Source of the DNA: Octopus vulgaris
Taxonomy: Eukaryota
DNA length: 64,000 nucleotides
Assembly: GCA_951406725.2 (NCBI GenBank)
Contig: OX597835.1
Span: forward strand, 16,182,001 to 16,246,000
Reading direction: 5' to 3'
Shown in pieces: positions 24,291 to 36,310 of the stretch. Made by a program: the position numbers and the translations under genes. Numbering within the stretch: position 1 is the stretch's first letter; each line of letters opens with the position of its first letter. The notes under the pieces are model-generated. The model saw nothing but the letters and a program-made list of their open reading frames with translations, did not search any database and was not told the origin of the DNA.

Positions 24291-25098
24291 ACGGCAACAA
24301 CAAAAACAAAATTTTTATTTGGGGTGGGGGGTGGAGGTAAACAACAACTAAACAAACACAAACAACCAAAACTTAATAAATTCCTTCAAAATCTCAAAAC
24401 TCATTCCTAATTCTAAAAACAGGCTAAAAAGACTGGGGGGGGGGGGGGTTTCAAGTAAAAAAAAAAAAACAGCAACAAAAAAAAAAACCTGTTTGAAAGA
24501 GGTTGTGATTATGGAAGATATCGAAATTGAGAAAAACAACAGAAAAGCCACAGGTAAAAAAAAAAAAAAAAAAAAAAACACCCACCCCCCAACCCTGCCA
24601 AAAAAAAAAAAAAAAAAAAAAAACCCTGACAGTTAATCAGTGAACAAACATAGCAAAATTATGATTGGCAAAGCAGAAAATAGATTGGTTTTGGTTTTTG
24701 AAAACTAGTCAAACCAGAAATAATTCTACATCTATAAATATCTTGGATATTCCGAAAATTTCGTTATTTTTTTGTTTGTTTGTTTTTTTTTTTTTTTTTT
24801 TTTTTGGTTTTTACATTAAAGCCTGCATTTCATTTCATTTATCTTATTTTATCTTATTTTATTTTATTTTATTTTTTATCTACCTCCTGCCTTAACACCC
24901 ACCACCACCACGCTGTCCCTCCCCCCTTCTTCTCCCCTCCCCCCAAACACACACACACACACACACACACACCGCCTCTTGTCAGAAATCAATGTGAGTG
25001 GCTTATAGCAGCAAAGTCTACTTTTGGCAGAAAGGACAGACAGACAGACAGACATAATCATACAGGTTCTCAACCAACCACTGGAGCACCACTTACAT

Positions 25099-25365
25099 AT
25101 TATTATTATTATTATTATCATTATTATTATTATCATTATTATTATTATATTATTATTATTATTATATTATTATTATTATTATTAAAAAATAATTAATTAT
25201 AAAAAAGAATTATTAGACTTATTATTATTAGTAGTAGTATTATTATTATTGTCATTATTATTACTATTATTATTACTACTAATATTACTATTATTATTAT
25301 TAGCAGTAGTAGTAGTAGTAGTAGTAGTATCATCATTGTCCATCTATTTATTATTATTATTATTG
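25099..25365. repeat. (ATT)n/(AGT)n microsatellite
   Basis: Directly visible. Confidence 0.95.
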
Positions 25366-25999
25366 TCCATCTAATTACATGACTAATTTGGTCCTGGATA
25401 CTACAAAACAAAACAAAACAAAAAAAAACACCATTCCCTCAGTGGTGGTTACCATAACAACAACATGAAAGTTTAATAAGGCTTCAGACAAACAAATGAC
25501 ACAGGAATTATAGGAGATTACCAAACAGGAGAAGGGAGTGGGGAGAGGCCTTTGTGTGTGTGTGTGTGTGACTAGCTCCCACCTTCCTCCTCCTGACACA
25601 CCCATTCACTACCATTCCGCAGCATCAGAGAACCATCATCCCCACCACCACCACAAACAGCCATCAAAAACCAACGCCGACAAAGAGTTTGTCTATTTAT
25701 GAAATCTTCCAATCTGAAGAGTTGCTGGTTAATTAGAACTTTGGAATCATTAACGAAGGAGGAAGGGAACACTAGGGTGAAGGGGTGGATGGGTGGGGTA
25801 GAAACTAAAACGGGGGCACTAACCCCCTCCCTCGTGTCTTCCAGCAAAGTTACTCAGAGAGAATGAATTGGATTTCCGGGAGACATTAAGGAAAGAGATG
25901 CAACAAGAAAACAATAGAATTTCTCCAGTTGCAGTCATTGCAAATGGCTGAGCATTGTAAAAAAATGTGCAGCAAATTGCACAGGCTTTGGTAGGGGTG

Positions 26000-26470
26000 T
26001 CTTTGCATAGCTTCCAGCAACAGTGCGCCTTGCACTGCCCTCAACAAGCATACCAAAAGTGCAGGTTGCTCATCTAACACGTCTTGCATGTCATCCTGCA
26101 AGAGTGCAGAGTGTAGTTCCAGCAAGAGTACAGCTTCCAGGAAGAGTGCACCTCATAAAGCTTCCAGCAAGAGTGCTTATTGCACAGCTACAAGCGAAAG
26201 TGCATCTTGCATAGCTTCCAGTGAAAGTGCACCTTGCATAGCTTCCAGTGAAAGTGCACCTTGCATAGCTTCCAGTGAAAGTGCACCTTGCATAGCTTCC
26301 AGTGAAAGTGCACCTTGCATAGCTTCCAGTGAAAGTGCACCTTGCATAGCTTCCAGTGAAAGTGCACCTTGCATAGCTTCCAGTGAAAGTGCACCTTGCA
26401 CAGTTCCCAGAAAGAGTGCACCTTGCATGGAGCTCAACAAGATTGCATCTCGCAGAGTACCCAGCAAGAG
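26000..26470. repeat. 27-bp minisatellite gcaccttgcatagcttccagtgaaagt, perfect core with degenerate flanks
   Basis: About 7 near-identical units at 26200-26400. Confidence 0.95.
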
Positions 26471-27310
26471 AACATCGGCTATTTCAGATATACTATATCT
26501 ATATTTAGCACTACTTTATCCAATGCGCCATTCCTTGAAGAAAAGAGAAAAAAAAAAAGAAAAAAAAAAAAAAAAGACAGTAGTTGTTGCAATTTACAAG
26601 AGATTTAGCTGCTATTTCTACCAGGTCAAGTCAAGTGATCATGAATAGGGCACCTCGTTAATTTGTGATGGCTGATATCCAAATATGATAGAACGTTTCT
26701 GTAATTGAAGAACACACTGAAGAACTGGAATCATTAAGGAATACACAGAAGACCAGAAATGATTAGAATTCTGCAGTTCATGGAATAAAGCCCCGAGTTT
26801 TGTATTTATTTGTAAGAGTGGCTACCAATGTCCAAGGAAGATGTCAAAATGTATATCATCCCCATCATCATCATCGTTGTTTTATGTGTGTTTCATGCAT
26901 GCATGGGTAGGTGGTTGACAGGAGCCAACCAGGTAGAAGACTACCCTAGGCTACTGTGTCTGTTTTGGCAGGGTTTTTACGGCTGGATGCCCTTCCTAAC
27001 ACCAACCACTCGGCAGAGTGGACTTAGTGCTTTTTATGTGACACCTTGTGTTGTATGTCCTGTACTCTATTTTTTCGTTGTTTAAGAAAAATGTCCATTT
27101 CCTTGGTTTTGTGTTTATGTTTTCGTTTCTCATTGTGTTCTACGTTTTTTTTTGGTGTCCTGTACCCATATATGCATGTATATATACATGTAGAGGTAGG
27201 TACGTACATATATGTATGTATATATGCATATGTTTTATTTATTAATTTGTTATTATATGACGGAATGCACGCATCCATTTCTAAGTAAGTTTGTTCTTAA
27301 TATATATATG

Positions 27311-27356
<46 letters not shown>

Positions 27357-27444
27357 GAGAGAGAGAGATGTATGTGTGCGTGTATATATATATATATATA
27401 TACATACAGATATCTATCATATTGATAGTTAGATAGATAGGGGG

Positions 27445-27496
<52 letters not shown>

Positions 27497-28213
27497 GTAT
27501 GCATGTGTGTGATTGTGTTTGTCATCCCTCCATCGCTTGACAACTATTGTTGATTTGTGTGTGTACCCTTAACTTAGCAAAGCAGACTGATGGCATAATT
27601 AACAGACTCAAAGAGAGAGAAAAGGTATTGGGATTGATTTGTTTGACTAAACCCTTGAAGGCAGTGCCCCAGCATGGCCGCACACTTATTGCTGAAACAA
27701 GTGAAAGGAAAAAGATAAAAGCAGGAGCACATCAAAATACCTGCAGTGAATATGAACTCACAACTTGCAGATAAATGGTAGTAGGGGGGCAGTGGAAATA
27801 GTAACCTAACCACCTTGGACAAAGTGCCCCTATGCAGAAGACAGATGGCTGGAAACCTATTGACAACAAGGGGTTAGTGTAGTACATGTCAAGGGGACAC
27901 TTATAAAGACCTTACAGTTTATTGATCAGACGTTGATGGGAAGAAGAAGAGTGGACAGTATTCTTTCATTTCACACAAATATTTATTGATTTTCCTGTTG
28001 CAGCAGTTTAAACAAAAATAAATAAAACAAAACAAGTAAAATAAAATAAAACAAGAAAAATAAAATTTTTTTAAAAAAACTAACAAAATTCTAATCTTCC
28101 TTCTTTTACAAGAACTAATTATTCCATTTTCAATTTACTGGAAAACTTTCATTAACCAAACATTTTAAAAGCTATTCACTGAGACTATTATTATTATCAT
28201 CATCATCATTATT

Positions 28214-28420
28214 AAGGCAGCGAGCTGGTAGAATCATTAACACACTAGCCAAAATGATTAGCGGTATTTCAACTATATTTATGTTCTGAGTTCAAATTCT
28301 GCTGAGGTTGACTTTGCCTTTCATCCTTTTGGGGTTGATAAATTAAGGCACTGGCGTCGATGTAAACGACTTGTTCCCTCCCCCAAAATTTGAGGCCTTG
28401 TGCCTCCAGTAGAAGGGATA
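28214..28420 (+). mobile_element. Family B SINE (tail B2)
   Basis: aggcagcgagctggtagaatc...gcctttcatccttttggggttgataaa...agaagggataataat. Confidence 0.85.
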
Positions 28421-28622
28421 ATAATAATAATAATTATTATTATTATTATTATTATTACTTCTGCCTTAGTGAAGGTGGAGGTATTGTTTTTAGTTGTGTT
28501 TGTTTGTTTGTCCACTGTTTGGCACCTTGAGCAAGTGTCTTCTACTATAGCCTCGGGCCAACCAAAGCCTTGTGAGTGGATTTAGTAGACAGAAGCTGAA
28601 AGACGCCCACCATGTATATATA

Positions 28623-28921
28623 TCACCGTGATCACCGTGACCAACCAGGCTATCAGATGTTGCTACACATCGCTGGTCACAATGTGCTTCGCATTGTTTT
28701 AGCCTTCAAATGACGCCACTCTGCTGGCCAACAGAAGAAAGAGTGAGAGAAAGTTGTGGTGAAAGAGTACAGCAGGGATCGCCACCGACTCCTGCCGGAG
28801 CCTCGTGGAGCTTTAGGTGTTTTCGCTCAATAAACACTCACAACGCCCGGTCTGGGAATCGAAACCGCGATCCTACGACCGCGAGTCCGCTGCCCTAACC
28901 ACTGGGCCATTGCGCCTCCAC
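28623..28921 (-). mobile_element. Family C SINE, tail C1, nested in the microsatellite of a family A copy (28520-29375)
   Basis: C head/C1 tail; the A body lies before it and the A 3' half resumes at ~29170. Confidence 0.85.
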
Positions 28922-28924
28922 ATG

Positions 28925-28949
<25 letters not shown>

Positions 28950-28955
<6 letters not shown>

Positions 28956-29155
28956 AATCAAAAGAAAGAACACACACAAAAAACAACAACACGAGGACGC
29001 GGCACATGTAAAGTATTAGCGGATGCTTAGGAAAGGAAAGAAAGATGGTTTAACGTTTTGAGCAGATGCTCTTCTTCAGAAACAGAGGAAAGTCCAATAG
29101 AAAAGAAGATGGGGGAAGAAAATCGCCAACAATTCACATGTGGTTACATTTTGAA
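28950..29155 (-). mobile_element. Penelope-like terminal-repeat remnant with minimal hammerhead motif
   Basis: Minus strand ttt-CTGAAGA-a-gagc-atct-gctc-aAAAC-GTT-aaa at 29048-29084; related to 34805-34985. Confidence 0.6.
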
Positions 29156-29989
29156 AGAGAGAGAGAGAGTGTGTGTGTGTGTTTGTCCCCCACCACCACT
29201 TGACAACCAATGTTGGTATGCTTATGTGCCCTAACTTGGCAGTTCAGCAAATGCAATCAATAGAATAAGTACCAGGCTTAAAAACAAAAATAATAATAAA
29301 GTACTGGGGTCATTTCATTTGACTAACAATTCTTGAAGGCACAGTCTAATGACTGAAACAAGTAAAAGACAGATATAAATGGTAATATTTATCCCCAATT
29401 TAAAAGTGGACATTGTGTCAGAACACAGAATACAGCCATAGTTAAGACGAGAGAACCACTCATATTAGCTCTTGGTGCACAAAAGCACTCGTTTATATTG
29501 TCAGCAGGGAGATAAGTCAGCTGACACAATAAACACTGAGACCACCAGATCACATGATTTTGCTCTTCCCTGGTTTTGGCAATGCTAGAGATAGCAGCGA
29601 TGCATCTCTGCTAGCGATACACAGAATCACAGAGCCAGAATGGGTGTCGGTGTTATGAATAGCGAGTGGGCTTATTAAAGAAATTGTTTTCTAAAACAAC
29701 ACCTACTTTTAAGTGGGAACAAATATTAGCTTTTGGTATTAAAACTGCTTCTGTTGCTAGTAATTATAGATATAAATGTTCTTGGGAGTGGACAAGAAAA
29801 TACATTAATGAGAGAAAAATAAGTTAAATATGTAGGAAGTATCTTTATTTTCTTTCCTTTATATAAAGACATAAAATGTCTGGTTTTTCAAAAGGAAACA
29901 ATGGAATACTGCTTATCTCGTATTTTTTATGTTGTTGTTATGGTTGTCTAGTGCTGGGCAGTCAATCTTTGGCTCTTTTTTTTTAACTA

Positions 29990-30388
29990 TAGGCACAGGT
30001 GTGGCTGTGTGGTAAGTAGCTTGCATACCAACCACATGGTTCCGGGTTCAGTCCCACTGCGTGGCACCTTGGGCAAGTGTCTTCTACTATAGCCTCGGGC
30101 CGACCAAAGCCTTGTGAGTGGATTTGGTAGACGGAAACTGAAAGAAGCCCGTCGTATAATATGTATATGTATGTATATATGTGTGCGTGTATGTTTGTGT
30201 GTGTGTATTTGTCCCCCTAGCATTGGTGTGTTTATGTCCCCGTCACTTAGCGGTTCAGCAAAAGTGTCCCATAGAATAAATACTGGGCTTACAAAGAATA
30301 AGTCCCGGGGTCGAGTTGCTCGATTAAAAGCGGTGCTCCAGCATGGCCGCAGTCAAATGACTGAAACAAGTAAAAGAGTAAAAGAGAT
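29990..30388 (+). mobile_element. Family A SINE, full length, young
   Basis: Complete head, body and tail A1. Confidence 0.9.
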
Positions 30389-30392
30389 AAAT

Positions 30393-30590
30393 CATCATCA
30401 TCATCATTTAACATCTGTTCTCCATGCTGGCATGGGTTAGATGGTTTGATTGGGACTGGGTGAGCCAGAGAGCTGCACCAGGCTCCAGTTGTTTGTTTTG
30501 CTGTGGTTTCTTTGGCCGGGCCGGATGCTCATCTTTATGCCAGCCCCATTACAGAGTGTACAGGGTGTTTTTTTTTCATGTGACACCAGC
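30393..30590 (-). mobile_element. Family E retroposon 3' fragment
   Basis: (cat)n then tttaacatctgttctccatgctggcatggg. Confidence 0.7.
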
Positions 30591-30984
30591 CACAACAATA
30601 ATTTCGCTTATCTTCACACGTCTTCTCAAGCACAGCCAATCGCCAAAGGTCTCAATCACTTGTCGAGATACAAAATTTCCTTGACATCAAATGTTTAATG
30701 ATCATTTCATTCTTCCATATGTTTCCAGGTGCCGTTTGATGTCAGACTGTTTACAACTATAAATCATGTTCCATTTAACAGCTACACAAAGCTAATCTTT
30801 TAGTATTCGGCACTGTAAACAGCCTACTTAATCCTAGAATCATATTTCAACAATGTCTGGACACTTGTAAACTAATTCCTCACTCCAACAGACATGTCTC
30901 CTCACAGCCTTTTCACCAACAGTTGGCTAATCTAACCTATGCCATCTGCATAGAAGCACTCCCTACACGCTCATCTTGCCTCTT

Positions 30985-31358
30985 CATCATCATCATCATC
31001 GTTTAACGTCCGCTTTCCATGCTAGCATGGGTTGGACGGTTCAACTGGGGTCTGGGGAGCCCGAAGGCTGCACCAGGCCAGTCAGATCTGACAGTGTTTC
31101 TACAGCTGGATGCCCTTCCTAATGCCAACCACTCCGAGAGTGTAGTGGGTGATTTCATGTGCCACCGACACAGGTGCCAGATGAGGCTGGCGAACAGCCA
31201 CGCTCGGATGGTGTTTTTTATGTGCCACCGACACAGGTGCCAGACGAGGCTGGCGAACGGCCACGCTCGGATGGTGTTTTTTATGTGCCACCGACACAGG
31301 TGCCAGACGAGGCTGGCGAACGGCCACGCTCGGATGGTGTTTTTTATGTGCCACCGAC
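30985..31358 (-). mobile_element. Family E retroposon with (GAT)n tail and ~60-bp internal tandem units
   Basis: catcatcgtttaacgtccgctttccatgctagcatggg...gctggatgcccttcctaatgccaacc, plus 3 copies of gtgccaccgacacaggtgccagacgaggctggcgaacggccacgctcggatggtgttttttat. Confidence 0.85.
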
Positions 31359-31361
31359 AGA

Positions 31362-31590
31362 GAGGTGCCTTGTCATTATATCATAACCCCACTCCTAAGA
31401 CTTGCACTAACCACTATACTCAATCTTTCCTCCCCAGAACACTGGTCATCCAGAATTCCATTCCTGGCTATCTTTTGCAGACAGTCATTGACGAGCAGTT
31501 CCTCAAGAATGACAAGGCTGCAAATGTCATGGGCCCTGGAAGAGTCTCCAGGGGTCATCACTAAAATTTTCCCCTCCTGCTTTGACTGAA
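31362..31590 (+). pseudogene. CR1-group (Zenon-like) LINE ORF2 C-terminal fossil
   Basis: TNHYTQSFLPRTLVIQNSIPGYLLQTVIDEQFLKN resembles SFxPRTxxLWNSLP...FK. Confidence 0.55.
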
Positions 31591-31664
31591 CCACAAAAAA
31601 AATAAAACATAACACAAAGACACAGAAAATTTCTTCTCAACAGAAATATCTTAAGAATCCTTAT

Positions 31665-32060
31665 ATACTCTTTTACTCTTTACTCTGTTTCAGTCATTTG
31701 ACTGCGGCCATGCTGGAGCACCGCCTTTAGTCGAGCAAATCGACCCTGGGACTTATTCTTTGTAAGCCCAGTACTTATTCTATCAGTCTCTTTTGCTGAA
31801 CTGCTAAGTGACGGGGACGTAAACACACCAGCATCGGTTGTCAAGCAATGCTAGGGAGACAAACACAGACACACAAACACACACACGCACATACATATAT
31901 ACGACAGGCTTCTTCCAGTTTCCGTCTACCAAATCCACTCACAAGGCATTGGTCGGCCCGAGGCTATAGTAAAAGACACTTGCCCAAGGTGCCACGCAGT
32001 GAGACTGAACCTGAAACCATGTGGTTGGTTAGCAAGCTACTTACCACACAGCCACTCCTG
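31665..32060 (-). mobile_element. Family A SINE, full length
   Basis: Matches the other A1 copies. Confidence 0.9.
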
Positions 32061-33121
32061 CTGATGAAGTTAAAAACCAATTTTATCTGTAAAGAAGATA
32101 GGTGTATGAATATGGATGGCAGCTGTTTGGGATCCAACTAATAAGCTACATCAGGTCAGTAGGCCCATCGAAGGGATTCTGTTGGATAAGGTCGGGAAAA
32201 GCTGTGAGAAGATGCAGTCAGCTTTAGAATAATGTGGCAAGTTGTAGGAAGTAATGACGAACGAAAGAGATGACAAGCTGAGAGAAGACAATGACAAACT
32301 ATGGCAGGTACAACCAGTTACTAAGACAAATGACAAGCTATACAAGGATGCAGCAAAATATGGAAGGACATAAGCCACAGAAGAATGTGACGTGCTATGG
32401 AAGAATGCAATATACCACAGAAGAATGCTACAGAACATGGAAGAACAACAGATGCTGTGAAAGAATGCGACATGACCTGGAAAAATGCAACATGTGGTGG
32501 GAGACAAGGAGCTCTGGGAGACAAGAGGCTGTGGAAGATTTAAGAAACTACAATCTTTAAATTATTTTCAAGTTTCACTGAAACAATATTTTCTCTATCT
32601 ACTGCTATGTGATAAAAGAAGTCTGCTGCTGTGGGACGCAATGTGTGATAAAAGAAATTATAAATCCACACACCTATCTGTAACTAAACTCAATGTACTG
32701 CATTCCACACCCATCTCATACACACCTACATACACAAACAGATATTTCAAAAGTAAATTGGTACCCTTCTTTTCCACAGTTTTATTTGTGCAGACACTGT
32801 TTGTTAGTACAATTAAAAACTGCCTCAAGGCATGTCCTCCTAAATACTAGATGAACTATTTAAATGCATCGAATGATGCATTTGTGTCTAGAAATAAAAT
32901 AACATTAAAAAATGATGGTGTCTATTCATTTGTGATGTATGCGCATGCTTTATTTATGGATTAAAGCAAGGCAACCAATGGTTTCATGTGGCAAAGATCT
33001 CCACAATTTTCAAGCAATCCTCGTGGAAAGTGATAGTAATCTCCATTTAAATAAATATTTATCCAAAATGTAGTGTTGAGCATTTATTTTCACTGTTTGA
33101 TACAAGTGCATATATATATAT

Positions 33122-33525
33122 GGGTGCAGGCGTGGCTGTGTGGTAAGAAGCTTGCTTCCTAACCCCATGGTTTGGGATTTAGCCCCAAGGGTCTTCTACT
33201 AAAGTTTCAGGTTGACCAAATCCTTGTAAATAGATTTCGTAGACAGAAACTGAAAGAAGCCCATTGTATATATACATATGTATGCATGTGTATGTGTGCA
33301 TTTGTGTCTGCATTTGTCCCTCACTACTGCTTGACAACCAGTGTTGGTATGTTTACGTCCTCGTGACTTAGCAGTTCAGCAAAAGAGATTGACAGAATAA
33401 GTACCAGGCTTTTAAAAAAAGGACTGGGGGGTGGGGGGTCAATTCATTCAACTAAAAATTCTTCAAGGTGGTGTCCCAACATGGCTGCAGTCCAATGACT
33501 GAAACAACAAAAAAATATTAAAGAT
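33122..33525 (+). mobile_element. Family A SINE, old
   Basis: Head gggtgcaggcgtggctgtgtggtaag; tail ggtggtgtcccaacatggctgcagtccaatgactgaaac. Confidence 0.85.
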
Positions 33526-33690
33526 ATATGTATATATATGTACATATACATAATCTGGAAATATGTATATTACTACTGGATAGCACAGGGTGAAATCTGA
33601 AGGTGGACAAGCTTTATACTGTACTCTACTATGTTCTTAACAAACTATAGCAAAACTATATATATATACATATATATATATATATACATA

Positions 33691-33914
33691 TAGGCAGCGA
33701 GCTGGCAGAAACAGTGCGCTAGGCAAAATGCTTGGCTGTATTTTGTCTGCCGTCACGTTCTGAGTTCAAATTCTGCTGAGGTAGACTTTGCTTTTCATCC
33801 TTTCGGGGTCAATAAATAAAGTACCAGTTACGCACTGGGATTGATGTAATCAACTTAATCCCTTTGTCTGTCTTTGTTTGTCCTCTATGTTTAGCCCCTT
33901 GTGGGCAATAAAGA
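33691..33914 (+). mobile_element. Family B SINE (tail B1)
   Basis: aggcagcgagctggcagaaac...ccccttgtgggcaataaagaa. Confidence 0.85.
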
Positions 33915-34106
33915 AAAAAAAAAACATATATATTAATGCCATACTTAAATACTCTGAAGAGACTGTACTAATAATGCATAAATTGCTGCACCTAAATATG
34001 CAACAATATGCAGTTGGTGCAATTGAAACACATGCCAGAAGAAGAAACAAACTAGAAATAAACAAAATTTGAATGTTCAAATTCTTCATTCTCCTTATAT
34101 ATATAA

Positions 34107-34333
34107 CATCCTTAAATCCTTAAAAGTGTTTCAGCCTGAAAGCTGTGGCCATGCTGGGGCACCACCATTGACTGTGCTACACTCGTATGTGAAACCACCT
34201 CCGATACGTGGTACTTGGTCAAGAAGGAAGTTCAACGTCACTGCCAGCATCTGTGTTTCCTGCCGAGAGGTAAGTTCATCTGGAACCCCTGACAAGAAGA
34301 GATCGTGTTTAGTTTTAAAGAAACCTACATCCA
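34107..34333 (-). mobile_element. CR1-group LINE 3' end whose 3' UTR matches SINE tail A1
   Basis: Frame FFKTKHDLFLSGVPDELT...NFLLDQV resembles FKxKLDxFLxxVPDEP...SNSLLDQ; followed by ggtggtgccccagcatggccacagctttcaggctgaaac and (tttaagga)2. Confidence 0.7.
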
Positions 34334-34482
34334 TATATCACCTTGATCGACCAGTCCGTCAGGCGTCCATTTGACACCACGGGTCACAGCACGCTGTCCA
34401 CTCCTCTCTGGATCGCGCCTTTCTCATTATATGGATGAACAGCACGATGAACATCCATATATATATATATATATATATATAT

Positions 34483-34782
34483 CACCGTGATCAGGCTATC
34501 AGATGTTGTTACACATCGCTGGTCACAATGCGCTTCGCATTGTTTTAGCTTTCAAATGATGCCACCCTGCTGGCTAAGCGAGCAGGCCAACAGAAGAAAG
34601 AGTGAGAGAAAGTTGTGGCGAAAGAGTACAGCAGGGATCGCCACCACTCCCTGCCGAAGCCTCGTGGAGCTTTTTAGGTGTTTTCGCTCAATAAACACAC
34701 ACAACGCCCGGTCTGGGAATCGAAACCGCGATCCTACGACCGCGAGTCCGCTGCCCTAACCACTGGGCCATTGCGCCTCCAC
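34483..34782 (-). mobile_element. Family C SINE, tail C1
   Basis: C head and C1 tail within (TA)n. Confidence 0.9.
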
Positions 34783-34804
34783 ATATATATATATATATAT
34801 GATA

Positions 34805-34985
34805 TATTGTTAGCCACTACACACATTTTTTTCTCTCCTTGTTTTTTTCTGTGTCCCTTTCTGTAGAAGAGCGTAGACTCGAAACGTAAAAGACTTTTTC
34901 TATTCCTGAGCGTTATACTAATACATCTGTTTGTTTTGTACACCACCTGTCTTTGTCTTTTGTTTTTTTCATAAACTCTCCTCTT
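34805..34985 (+). mobile_element. Penelope-like terminal-repeat remnant with minimal hammerhead motif
   Basis: cttt-CTGtAGA-a-gagc-gtag-actc-GAAAC-GTA-aaag at 34857-34892; related pieces at 37607-37672 and 43808-43925. Confidence 0.6.
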
Positions 34986-34994
34986 ATATATATA

Positions 34995-35375
34995 CTAGCA
35001 GTATCGCCCGGCGTTGCTCAGGTTTGTAAGGGAAATAACTATAAAGCATTTTTAGAGAGTTATAGCCAAAAAATAGCAAAAAAATGGAAAAAAAATTATG
35101 CTAAATTTTTTTGAGAGTTAAAAAAGGTCGAGTTGCGTCCCCTAGACAGTCTGTGGTTTGTGTTTCTGATTCTCGATCCCATGTCGAATTTATCGATTTT
35201 TTTCAGAACTGGGGGAACTTTTCAAAATTTTCGCTGCGTTAGTTTTGAATTATGACATTGGGCTATGTGTGTGTCAAGTTTCATCAGAATCGGTTGAAAG
35301 CCGTGGTCAGGGTGAGGGTACAACCTGACAGACACACAGACACACACACAGACAAACTATCGTTTATATATATAT
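34995..35375 (-). mobile_element. Non-autonomous Helitron
   Basis: Minus-strand 3' end cctgagcaacgccgggcgatactgCTAG|t; the 5' end runs into (TA)n after a tctgtgtg-rich leader; the 3' ~70 bp is shared with the 45347 copy. Confidence 0.75.
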
Positions 35376-35763
35376 ATATATTGCTTAGGCATGGTGATAT
35401 TAATAACCTGGTGGGTAGAATTCAACATACCTATGCCTCAGAAAAAAAAACATCAGTCAAATATAGAGCATACTTAATTTCTTGTCCCTTTGTCCTTCAT
35501 TTAATTTATATGAATAAAAACGTTCTTGGGAGTGTACAAAGTATATTAATAGTACAAAAACTAAGTTGTAAGTATAGGAGGAAGCTTTTCTTTTGTTTAT
35601 ATACAGAAGTAAAATGTCTGGTTTTCCCCAAGGAAACAATAGAATATTACTTACCTTGCATTTTAATTTTAATTTTGTTGTTGTTATTGCCTGATGTTAG
35701 AGAGTTAACCTTTGACTCTTTTTACAACGATGTATGAATGTATATATACATGTATGTATATAT

Positions 35764-35795
<32 letters not shown>

Positions 35796-36310
35796 ACATA
35801 CATGTGTATATACATTCATACATCGTTATATATACATGTTGGTTTTTTTTGTCCTGTTTTTATTCTTTATGTGTACTGTATTTTTTTGTATTTGTATTTT
35901 TATTTTGCATTGCTTTTACGTCATTTTTTTCTTTCCTTGTTTTTACCCCTCTGCAAATGAATTTTATTTAATTCTTTTGCAGGAAGGACTAGTTCGACGG
36001 GTCGTATTCTGTCCTTGCCTTCGAAACACACATGGAGTCGAACCAGGGACAGCTGATGAAGGGGAATATTCCTTGTATTGTTTGTCTTGTGCTCTGTTTT
36101 TTTCATTGTTAAAAAAAGTCCGTTTCCATGTTTGTTTTTATGTTTTCATTTCTCGTTGAGTCCTACGTCTATTTGTCTACCAAATCCACTCACAAGGCTT
36201 TGGTCGGCCCGAGGCTATAGTAGAAGACACTCGGCCAAGGTGCCACGCAGTGGGACTGAACCCGGAACCATGTGGTTGGTAAGCAAGCTACTTACCACAC
36301 AGCCACTCCT

